A stretch of 31,924 nucleotides of DNA from an uncultured Candidatus Saccharimonas sp. (GCA_964452965.1 CAYVRA010000001.1:1-31924); one strand, 5' to 3'. Positions 1-7,426 are shown, numbered from the stretch's first letter. The notes: generated by a model not told the origin, from the sequence alone. Translations and numbers: made by a program.

Positions 1-108
1 ATCGTCCCAATCCTTCTCGGACATTTTAATCATAAGCATATCCTTTGTAATACCCCAAAGTGGTCGGCTTTTAGCATTAATAATTTTGCCGCTAGGGGCA
101 GTGCTCAT
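1..108 (-). CDS. Possible ORF running off the left edge (MSTAPSGKIINAKSRPLWGITKDMLMIKMSEKDWDD...), with a segment resembling SDR/FabG
   Basis: Hand translation: the minus frame is open from 177 to the edge, with ATG at 108. GITKDMLMIKMSEKDWDD resembles the FabG segment [18 protein letters not shown]. Only 36 codons are visible. Confidence 0.3.
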   Translation of the reverse strand, partial: MSTAPSGKIINAKSRPLWGITKDMLMIKMSEKDWDD

Positions 109-219
109 CGCTGTAGTTATCTTGGAGTTTAAAAAGTTTTCACCTTTTTTCCCATGTTTATCATTATTGAGCCTTATCTATGCGATAGCAAGCTATATAA
201 CTTATCACGTAAGTGTAGT

Positions 220-278
220 TTTTCACTAATGATTCCGAATAGCGAGCGAGGCTTATTATGCCCGCTCGCTACTCATCA
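220..278. repeat. Copy 1 of a duplicated hairpin element (putative structured RNA)
   Basis: TTTTCACTAAT-N6-GAATAGCGAGCGAGGCTTATTATGCCCGCTCGCTACTCATCA. The stem-loop spans 237-274 and is nearly identical to 552-610. Confidence 0.85.
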
Positions 279-403
279 GATTATTACAGCGCACATTGCG
301 CTGAAATTTTACCTTCCGAAATTTTCTCGGGCGGTTTTAAATATAGATTTTTTACCACTTTAATGGCCATTTAAATATAAATAAAACAGCCCTAGCCTAA
401 ATT

Positions 404-499
404 ATGAAGAAGGAGAGATGGAAAATGAGAATGGCGACCTTTTCAATAGTGATGTTAATGATATTGATCATAGTGACTTTGCTACGAGCTTTTATCTAG
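404..499 (+). CDS. Small hydrophobic peptide MKKERWKMRMATFSIVMLMILIIVTLLRAFI (31 aa, or 24 aa from ATG 425); type I toxin-like
   Basis: Hand translation gives a basic N-terminus plus one uninterrupted hydrophobic stretch. AGGAG at 411-415 lies 9 nt before ATG 425. A terminator follows at 660-698. Confidence 0.45.
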   Translation: MKKERWKMRMATFSIVMLMILIIVTLLRAFI

Positions 500-551
500 A
501 ACCATTAAGCATTATACATCTATAGGTAGGATATATAGCTTACCACGTGAC

Positions 552-610
552 TTTTCACTAATTGCACTGAATGGCGAGCGAGGCTTATTATGCCCGCTCA
601 CCATTCATCA
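552..610. repeat. Copy 2 of the duplicated hairpin element
   Basis: TTTTCACTAAT-N6-GAATGGCGAGCGAGGCTTATTATGCCCGCTCACCATTCATCA, with the stem-loop at 569-606. Confidence 0.85.
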
Positions 611-659
611 TCTCAATGTACGCTATTGTAATAATCTGATTTTTATTTAGCATTTAATT

Positions 660-698
660 CCAACTTTTGCGAGGCCTGTCCTTGCAAATGGGTTTTTT
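660..698 (+). terminator. Intrinsic terminator on the plus strand
   Basis: The stem TTTGCGAGG/CCTTGCAAA (one G-U pair on plus) is followed by TGGG and a T6 tract. Confidence 0.55.
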
Positions 699-751
699 AT
701 GTTATGGTTACGTTTTAAACGCTAACCCTACGAAGCCTTGGCGAATTAGGG

Positions 752-2041
752 CTATTTTTTCGTGCTTAATTCGACTAATCGCTCGACGGCTTTCTCAGTC
801 AATAATTGATTAGCAACCTCTTGACGAATTTCAGGTTGTTCGAACTGCTTTAACGCTTCAGGCGATTTAGCATATTGCTGACGATATGTTTCAATACGAG
901 CATCCAGTTCAGCGCTAGTAGCCTCAATTTTTTCTAATTTGCTAAGTTCAGCTAACACCAAACCAGCTTGGACACGTTTAATCGCAGCATCTTTCACCTC
1001 AGTTTCAATCCATTTTTCTTCAGATTCAAAACCCTTATTTTCAAGATATTGCGCTAATGACGAACCACGATACATCAAATTATTTGTAAAATCTTTTTTA
1101 ATCGATTCAGTTTGATCAGCAATTAAAATCTCGGGTACCGGCACATGACTCAATTTAATCAACTGACTAACTAAGCTATCTTTTAGCTTATCGCTTAACT
1201 CACGCTCTTTTTGAGTGGTTAGTTCGCGCTTAATATCAGCTCTTAAGTCAGCAGCAGTCTTGAATGGGCCAGCCTTGGCAGCCAGCTCATCAGTCAACTC
1301 GGGCGTCGCAACTTCTTTTACAGCCACTAACGTGGTTGTAAATGTAACTTTAGCACCCTTTAATTCAGCCGAGCCGTAATCAGCAGGGAAAGTTAAGTCA
1401 AGGTCAAAAGCATCACCAGCCTTATGGCCAACAACGCCTTCTTCGAAGCCAGGAATAAATTGGCCAGATCCAAGAGTTAATGGGTAATCGTTACCGGTGC
1501 CACCGTCAAACGCCACGCCATCTTTTTTGCCAATAAAATTAATTACGGTTTCGTCGCCCATCTTTGCGGCACGATCTACGTCTTTCTTTTCGGCAAAGCC
1601 CTTACAAACTCTTTCGATAATCTCATCGACTTCAGATTCGGCAATATTTATTTTTTCAACAACTGCTTTTAGTTTTTTATAGTTACCTAATTTTACCATT
1701 GGCAAAATATCAACTTCAGCCGTAAATTCTAGCATTTCGCCTGGAACCATTTTTTTAACCTCAACCGCTGGACGATCTAAAGCTCGTAACTCTTTTTCGA
1801 CAAAGGCTTCAGCCACAGCTTTACTAATAGCATTATTTAAAGTCTCTTCATGCAACGTCGCTGGATCGATATTCTTAGCAGCTACGGCAACTGGGGTTTT
1901 GCCTTTTCTAAACCCCGGAACCTTTACTTCGCGTGCTAATTTATTAGTAGCGACTTGCTCAGCAATTGCTAATTCTTCGGCGTTAACTGAGATTGTTAAT
2001 TCAACCCGAGTATCGGATAAGTTTTTGACAGATATTTTCAT
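752..2041 (-). CDS. tig: Trigger factor
   Basis: Ribosome-binding signature VPGFRKGK, FKBP-type PPIase domain (F.GG...DY.L.LGSG.FIPGFEE), 429 aa. Confidence 0.97.
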   Translation of the reverse strand: MKISVKNLSDTRVELTISVNAEELAIAEQVATNKLAREVKVPGFRKGKTPVAVAAKNIDPATLHEETLNNAISKAVAEAFVEKELRALDRPAVEVKKMVPGEMLEFTAEVDILPMVKLGNYKKLKAVVEKINIAESEVDEIIERVCKGFAEKKDVDRAAKMGDETVINFIGKKDGVAFDGGTGNDYPLTLGSGQFIPGFEEGVVGHKAGDAFDLDLTFPADYGSAELKGAKVTFTTTLVAVKEVATPELTDELAAKAGPFKTAADLRADIKRELTTQKERELSDKLKDSLVSQLIKLSHVPVPEILIADQTESIKKDFTNNLMYRGSSLAQYLENKGFESEEKWIETEVKDAAIKRVQAGLVLAELSKLEKIEATSAELDARIETYRQQYAKSPEALKQFEQPEIRQEVANQLLTEKAVERLVELSTKK

Positions 2042-2042
2042 A

Positions 2043-3335
2043 TTACTCCTTAATTAATTTCGTAAGCTCTGTAAAGTTTACCTTGTATTCTTCACTTTTG
2101 GCAATGTTTTTTATTGTATAAATACCAGACTTAACCTCGTCTTCACCTATAAACAAGATATATGGAATGCCCTTTTTAAGAGCAGTTTTTAATTGTTTAT
2201 CAAATTTCTTTTCAGACAAGTTTAGCTCGGTATTTATGCCAGCATCACGCATTTCGGATGCCAATTTAAGCGCCTCGCGTGACGCATCACCCAGCGTGAC
2301 TACATAAACATCTGTTGACGACTGAAGTTTTGGCAATAAATTATGAGTTTGTAAAAAGTTTTCCATGGTCGTGCCACCAGGCGCTACGCCAACAGCCGAA
2401 ACTGGCTCGACGCCGAATAATCCAACCAAGCCGTCATAGCGACCGCCACCAAATAACGCCCGATTATTATCTGGATGGTTGTCAAACACCTCAAAAACCA
2501 TGCCGGTGTAATAATCAAGCCCGCGCATTAATGTAATGTCAAAAGTTAAACTTGTAATGTCAGCTTTTTCTAAAATCGTAAATAGCTGTTGGATTTCATG
2601 AACGGCCGAGCTAGTTAAAATTTCATTTGGCAAATCAGCCATTGTTTTAGCGGATAATAATAATTTAATCTTTAAAAGACCAGATTCGGCGTTATCGCCA
2701 AAAATCTCTTTGGCTTGATCAATAAAATCATCTTCGGAAATTTTATTTCGTCGATCAAATAATTTAGCCATTAATTGCGCGCCACTGGCGTCCAATTCTA
2801 GATATTGAGCCATCATAAAATTTATTAACTTGCGATTATTTATTTTAATCGTGTAATCTTCGGATTTAGCACCAAATTTCTTCATAATTTTATCAGATAG
2901 CATAATAATCTCAGCCTCGGCCGCAACGCTATCATCGCCAAATATATCAACATTTAATTGCCAAAATTCTCGCTCACGACCACGCTGAGGGCGTTCGTAA
3001 CGCATAAAATTGGCGATTGAGTATAAACGAGCAGGATAAGCTAGTTCTTGGCGTTTTGCGGCCACCATTCGGCAAATACTTGGCGTCATCTCGGGTCGAA
3101 CCGCTACAGTTCGACCGCCACGATCAGTAAATATATATGTTTGCTCGTTGACTAATTCATTACCGCTTTTGGCGGCATATAATTCAAGCGGCTCTAATAC
3201 TGGCGAACCGTACTCTTCATAACCGAATGATTCCGACACACTTTTCCAGATAGAAAAGATATAATTTTGTATTCGTTTATCTTCAGGATAAAAATCCCGT
3301 GTACCTTTGTATGGTTGTGATGATAAGCTTTTCAT
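2043..3335 (-). CDS. hisS: Histidine--tRNA ligase
   Basis: KGTRDFYP, RPEMT, RYERPQRGREREFWQ, RGLDYYTG and GGGRYD motifs, plus a C-terminal anticodon-binding domain. Confidence 0.97.
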   Translation of the reverse strand: MKSLSSQPYKGTRDFYPEDKRIQNYIFSIWKSVSESFGYEEYGSPVLEPLELYAAKSGNELVNEQTYIFTDRGGRTVAVRPEMTPSICRMVAAKRQELAYPARLYSIANFMRYERPQRGREREFWQLNVDIFGDDSVAAEAEIIMLSDKIMKKFGAKSEDYTIKINNRKLINFMMAQYLELDASGAQLMAKLFDRRNKISEDDFIDQAKEIFGDNAESGLLKIKLLLSAKTMADLPNEILTSSAVHEIQQLFTILEKADITSLTFDITLMRGLDYYTGMVFEVFDNHPDNNRALFGGGRYDGLVGLFGVEPVSAVGVAPGGTTMENFLQTHNLLPKLQSSTDVYVVTLGDASREALKLASEMRDAGINTELNLSEKKFDKQLKTALKKGIPYILFIGEDEVKSGIYTIKNIAKSEEYKVNFTELTKLIKE

Positions 3336-3390
3336 TAATACAATTTTTACATTTTTATCTGTTTATTGCAACATTAGTAAATCTTAAAAT

Positions 3391-3418
3391 AAAAAGGCCT
3401 TCTCTAAGGAGAAGGCCT
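3391..3418 (-). terminator. Intrinsic terminator of the 223-aa gene
   Basis: Perfect 10-bp stem AGGCCTTCTC/GAGAAGGCCT followed by a T tract on the minus strand. Confidence 0.75.
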
Positions 3419-3446
3419 GACCTAAGTGGTCGATTAATAGAAAATT

Positions 3447-4118
3447 TTAATACTCTCCAGCCCGTAAGTTCCTAAAAACCGGCCTAATAGCCCGACTGCT
3501 CATATTAACCCCGCGTACGCCTTCTATAAACACATAAGGTTTACAAGAAATATTACAGGTTGAAAGCATTATTTGTCTAGCATCAGCGCCATGCCCAAAT
3601 GTAAATGCCGGCACTAGTATACTCCCGACCAAACTTAAGAGATCTGGATATAAGACTATAGCATTAAAAATCTCAGTCCCCGCCCAGTATGATCCTTCTT
3701 TTAGGTCGTTCGACTCATTTAATAAATCCAGCACCGCGAAGCGAACGCCGCGAAGATAAGGTGCTGTATCTATAATAAAATCATCTTCATCCTTTTTGAG
3801 ATGGTCTCGCATACAACCATGGCTAAATTCTTCATCGTAAACTTGCCTCACTAGGTTAAGATGTCCATCGATATTCCGCCTGTAGTGCATAAATCCGCTG
3901 TCTTTAGACTTGGAGTGCGAATCAACATAGATCACAGGTATACATAGCTCCCCTTCCTTCAGTACGAGATTGTTTGGAATTAAGGTATTACACACATCAT
4001 CTGTCGATATACCCCAGTAATCCATAGCTCGAATAATCTTCTCTGTTTTTAACAAAAGTTGCCTTAGTGATTGGCTAGCTACTATTTCTTTAAACAACGA
4101 TAAATCTGTCATTATCAA
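3447..4118 (-). CDS. Hypothetical protein (223 aa)
   Basis: Long ORF with SD-like GAGGTGA upstream and its own terminator. No family recognised. Confidence 0.75.
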   Translation of the reverse strand: MIMTDLSLFKEIVASQSLRQLLLKTEKIIRAMDYWGISTDDVCNTLIPNNLVLKEGELCIPVIYVDSHSKSKDSGFMHYRRNIDGHLNLVRQVYDEEFSHGCMRDHLKKDEDDFIIDTAPYLRGVRFAVLDLLNESNDLKEGSYWAGTEIFNAIVLYPDLLSLVGSILVPAFTFGHGADARQIMLSTCNISCKPYVFIEGVRGVNMSSRAIRPVFRNLRAGEY

Positions 4119-4276
4119 GACTCACCTCTTTCAAATATTTTCGCCGATTTTCTTTTATTAAGAACGGCGCTCCGACCACCATCAGGGCGCCGTCCTTAAA
4201 GTAAGTATTAAAATGTTAAAGTTCTATTATGGCGATAGTATTACATAAAATAGATAATCGTGCAATAACTCAGATT

Positions 4277-4882
4277 TTAAATTTTGCCGTTTTGCTGCAA
4301 CCAGACATACATTACAATGCCAGCCGCAACACCGACGTTAACCGATCTTGTCGAGCCAAATTGCTCAATCATTACTGTTTTTACTGCGGCATTTTTCATA
4401 TCTTCACTCAGGCCTGGCCCTTCACCGCCAAAGACTAATACTGATTTAGCCGGTAAAATAGTCTTTGATAAAGATAAGGCGCCATCAACAATATCAATAG
4501 CGATAATCTCACGTTTTTCAGAGTTCATAGCCGCCACAAAATCATCAACCGTTGCATGATGTAAAATATTCATATATCTATCCGTTACCATTGCCCCACG
4601 GCGATTCCAGTGGCGCTTGCCAATAATATGCACAGTTTCGACATTAAAAGCATTAGCCGCCCGAACAATGGTGCCAATATTTAAATCATGTTGCCAGTTT
4701 TCAATAGCGACATGCAATGAAGCCCGACTTTTATCCAGATCCGCTTTTATAGCCTCGACAGTCCAATATCGATATTTATCCAAGACATTCCGCCTGTCGC
4801 CATCAGATAATAAATCAATATCATAATTAGTATTAATCGGCCACGGTTTTTTATGTGGCCCAACGCCAATATTGTCATTCAT
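4277..4882 (-). CDS. SpoU/TrmH-family RNA methyltransferase
   Basis: SPOUT motifs NIGTIVRAANAF, LVFGGEGPGLS and MIEQFGSTRSVNVGVAAGI. Confidence 0.92.
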   Translation of the reverse strand: MNDNIGVGPHKKPWPINTNYDIDLLSDGDRRNVLDKYRYWTVEAIKADLDKSRASLHVAIENWQHDLNIGTIVRAANAFNVETVHIIGKRHWNRRGAMVTDRYMNILHHATVDDFVAAMNSEKREIIAIDIVDGALSLSKTILPAKSVLVFGGEGPGLSEDMKNAAVKTVMIEQFGSTRSVNVGVAAGIVMYVWLQQNGKI

Positions 4883-4900
4883 ACACCGATTATAACTTAT

Positions 4901-4937
4901 AAAAAAATAATAGCCCCCAGTTAATACTAGGGGCTAT
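4901..4937 (-). terminator. Intrinsic terminator of the 190-aa gene
   Basis: Stem ATAGCCCCTAG/CTGGGGGCTAT followed by TATTTTTTT on the minus strand. Confidence 0.75.
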
Positions 4938-4957
4938 GCTGAACTTGATCAAATAGC

Positions 4958-5530
4958 TTAAATCGGTGAGTCATTAACATAGACAGTATCATCAACTAAC
5001 CTTATAGTAATACTGGCAATAATCTTGCCTGGCTCTAATGGGTCTTCAATGACAACGTTAATTGGTTGATCTTTTGCCATTAAACAAATCTTAGGGTTTA
5101 GCGCTAAAAACCAAATTGACGTGCAATGTAGTTTTGGCCCGCTAAAATCTAGAGCGTAACTTGGCTGGCTAAACTTTTTAAAATCCAGCCTAACAGGATC
5201 TAACCTCCGCAATCTATTTTCCATAGTAACTAAATTGGTCAGCCTGTTTATAAGTCCGTATTCGAATTTAAACTTTAATTTAAGTTCATCGTTTACAAAG
5301 CCGCCGAGCCAATCAATAGCCTCAAATACGTTATATGTCATATCATGTCCTATCCATATATCTACCCCGACCAAGTAATCATCATCATGGGAAAACGTCT
5401 CAAGATTCTTTGCTAACTGGAAAATTTGGAGGTCTTTTAAATTCCACCCCCTATAATAAGCCCTTTCTTTAATCCTGGCCGCTAGTTTATCTAGTGGCGT
5501 CAATAAATTAAAAATATCATTTTCTATCAT
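4958..5530 (-). CDS. Hypothetical protein (190 aa)
   Basis: Long ORF with a G-rich SD, its own promoter and its own terminator. No family recognised. Confidence 0.75.
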   Translation of the reverse strand: MIENDIFNLLTPLDKLAARIKERAYYRGWNLKDLQIFQLAKNLETFSHDDDYLVGVDIWIGHDMTYNVFEAIDWLGGFVNDELKLKFKFEYGLINRLTNLVTMENRLRRLDPVRLDFKKFSQPSYALDFSGPKLHCTSIWFLALNPKICLMAKDQPINVVIEDPLEPGKIIASITIRLVDDTVYVNDSPI

Positions 5531-5757
5531 GACTTACCCCCCCTGCCGTAGCTATCAGTAAACTGATGCTCAAACCTTTGTTTGAATTACGGCACCACAT
5601 ATTCACATCCATAAATACAAGGCGCCGAATTCAAAAGCTATTTGATTTTTAAGGTTCAATCTACCGTCTGGTAGTTTAATTGCGCACAAACTGGCATAAA
5701 ACAACCCTGAATACGTCCAGGGATTTAGTTTAGCTAATCAGCACAACCTATTTCTGA

Positions 5758-5786
5758 ATAATACTACAAATAGCACAATATGTCAA
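5758..5786 (-). promoter_or_regulatory. Sigma70-type promoter TTGACA-17-TATTAT
   Basis: Consensus -35 at 5781-5786, a 17-nt spacer and -10 at 5758-5763, about 220 nt upstream of the ATG at 5530. Confidence 0.65.
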
Positions 5787-5916
5787 GCAGGATTAAAGGC
5801 CTCACGTATTAAATACGTGACACTAGGGTTTTAAACAAGGCCTAGAATATAAACTTTAGTGATTCATTTTAAAGTTCTAGTTTATATCTATGACACTAAA
5901 AGATAGCCAGTACAAT

Positions 5917-5945
5917 AAATAAGAGACCCTGACGGCCTCTTATTT
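5917..5945 (-). terminator. Terminator of the 162-aa pilin-like gene
   Basis: Inverted repeat AAATAAGAG...CTCTTATTT lying 16 nt past the stop codon. Confidence 0.6.
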
Positions 5946-5961
5946 AAATTAAAGTTGTAAG

Positions 5962-6450
5962 CTAACAACTATATTGTGCGTTAATTGCGACAATTTGAGC
6001 CTGAAGTGACGTAATTTGAGTGTTTATAGTTGCCATTTCTGCCTGGATACCAGCCACATCACTAACCGCACCAGATGTAATTTTTTGTTGCATACTAGCC
6101 GTTAATGTAACTATCTGAGCTTGAAGTGAAGCCATTTGAGTATTTACAGTTGCCATAGCGGCAGCTTTATCAGCTACGCATGTAGCAGCAGTAGCTGGAG
6201 CTACAGTGGAAACCTCTTCCGCTGGAGTTGCTGTTGGATTTTCGACTGCATCAATACCACGTTCTCTTGCAGCATTAACAGCATCAATACCTTCCTGTAA
6301 TACTTTATCGGCAGCGGCCTTATCTGCAGCTTGTTTATCTGAAGCTGATTTCCAATAAACGAACCCCAGGCCGCCTATTACGACCACAACTACGGCCGCA
6401 ATGATTATTATTAGATGTGCCATTCCTGATTGAGATTGTTTTCTGTTCAC
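5962..6450 (-). CDS. Pilin-like or membrane-anchored surface protein with a C-terminal Cys-closed helical hairpin
   Basis: GTG start. Class III-like leader MNRKQSQSG|MAHLIIII followed by a hydrophobic helix (no Glu5). Heptad repeats lie between two Cys residues. Confidence 0.75.
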   Translation of the reverse strand: MNRKQSQSGMAHLIIIIAAVVVVVIGGLGFVYWKSASDKQAADKAAADKVLQEGIDAVNAARERGIDAVENPTATPAEEVSTVAPATAATCVADKAAAMATVNTQMASLQAQIVTLTASMQQKITSGAVSDVAGIQAEMATINTQITSLQAQIVAINAQYSC

Positions 6451-6485
6451 GAGATACCCTTTCGTAAAATTTACTATTGGGAATA

Positions 6486-6514
6486 ATTATATAGCCCCCC
6501 CCCGAAAAGCACAA
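6486..6514 (-). promoter_or_regulatory. Promoter TTGTGC-17-TATAAT with a poly-G tract in the spacer
   Basis: -10 at 6486-6491 and -35 at 6509-6514. A C homopolymer of about 9 nt on the plus strand starts at 6495. Confidence 0.6.
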
Positions 6515-6530
6515 GCTTTATTTAAGCAAG

Positions 6531-6559
6531 TTGACCTAGAGGGCGAAAAAAGATAGCAT
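6531..6559 (+). promoter_or_regulatory. Promoter TTGACC-17-TAGCAT, 7 nt before ATG 6567
   Basis: Hexamers at 6531-6536 and 6554-6559. Confidence 0.6.
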
Positions 6560-6566
6560 AAGTAGT

Positions 6567-7410
6567 ATGAAAAAATACTCACAAAAAAATAAGAGCAGCT
6601 CAAAAAACAAATAAATTCATAAATTTTATAAAAAATAAGAATAACAGACCTGTCGTATTTATATCGGCAGCTATATCGTTAATTGTAATTTCGCTTCCCA
6701 TTAGCATGTACGCCACAGGCAATTTAAGGCTCGTAAATGGTCACTTATATTCAGGTAAAGAGGCTCAATTAATTACTAACATAGAAAAGATAACTGGCAA
6801 GGCAGTAGATGATCAAACTAAAATAAATGCAGCCATAGACACGTTAAATAGTGGCGCCAGCGTAGAAAGTGCCGCTCAAACTTCGTCAAGCAATAATACA
6901 AGCGCAACATCAACAGCCAATGCCTCCTCTGCTACTGCAAATGCGGCAAATGCAGCCCAAGCCGCTGCCGAGGCTGCCGCTGTAGCTGCCGCAAATCCAA
7001 ATGACCCTGCAGCCGCCGCCACTGCCAAGGCTGCCGCCGACGTAGCAAAATCAGCTGCCGATGCCGCTGCCGCGGCTAACGCCAAAGCGGCCGCTGATGC
7101 AGCCGCAGCCCAGGCTGCCACCGATGCTGCAAATGCAGCAGCCGCTCTGGCATGCACAAATCAAAATAGCGCTCGAACAGCCGCACTTGCGCCAGTACAA
7201 CAACAAATAAATAGTATAACTCAGGAAATACAAACAGCAAACGCACAGCGATATGCATTACTGCAAGCGTCAATAGCGAATCAAACTCCATTAGACCAAG
7301 CAACATATGATGCATATGCTGCACAAACAACCACATGGAGCAACCAAGTAACTAACCTTACGGCACAATATAATGCGCTGAGCACACAGTACCCAGCTTG
7401 TAATAGTTAA
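6567..7410 (+). CDS. Ala-rich membrane-anchored surface protein (about 280 aa if a 1-nt A-tract frameshift is corrected; 234 aa from ATG 6706)
   Basis: The frame of the 6706 ORF stays open back to 6571 and encodes a basic tail plus a hydrophobic helix (PVVFISAAISLIVISLPISM). The promoter-adjacent ATG at 6567 is 1 nt out of frame. Confidence 0.7.
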
Positions 7411-7426
7411 AATAAGTTTCTAAAAT

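Noticed and set aside
154-363. 69-aa plus-strand ORF from the track
   Set aside because: It runs through the non-coding hairpin repeat, and has no SD or recognisable motif.
220-610. CRISPR, attC, hammerhead or C/D-box interpretation of the repeat pair
   Set aside because: There are only two copies about 330 nt apart and no cas genes. There are no RYYYAAC/GTTRRRY ends. CUGAUGA occurs in one copy only and is not followed by GAAA right after the stem. There is no D box.
6876-7336. Antisense ORFs (93, 60 and 86 aa) over the Ala-rich gene
   Set aside because: These are shadow frames of GCN-rich codons.
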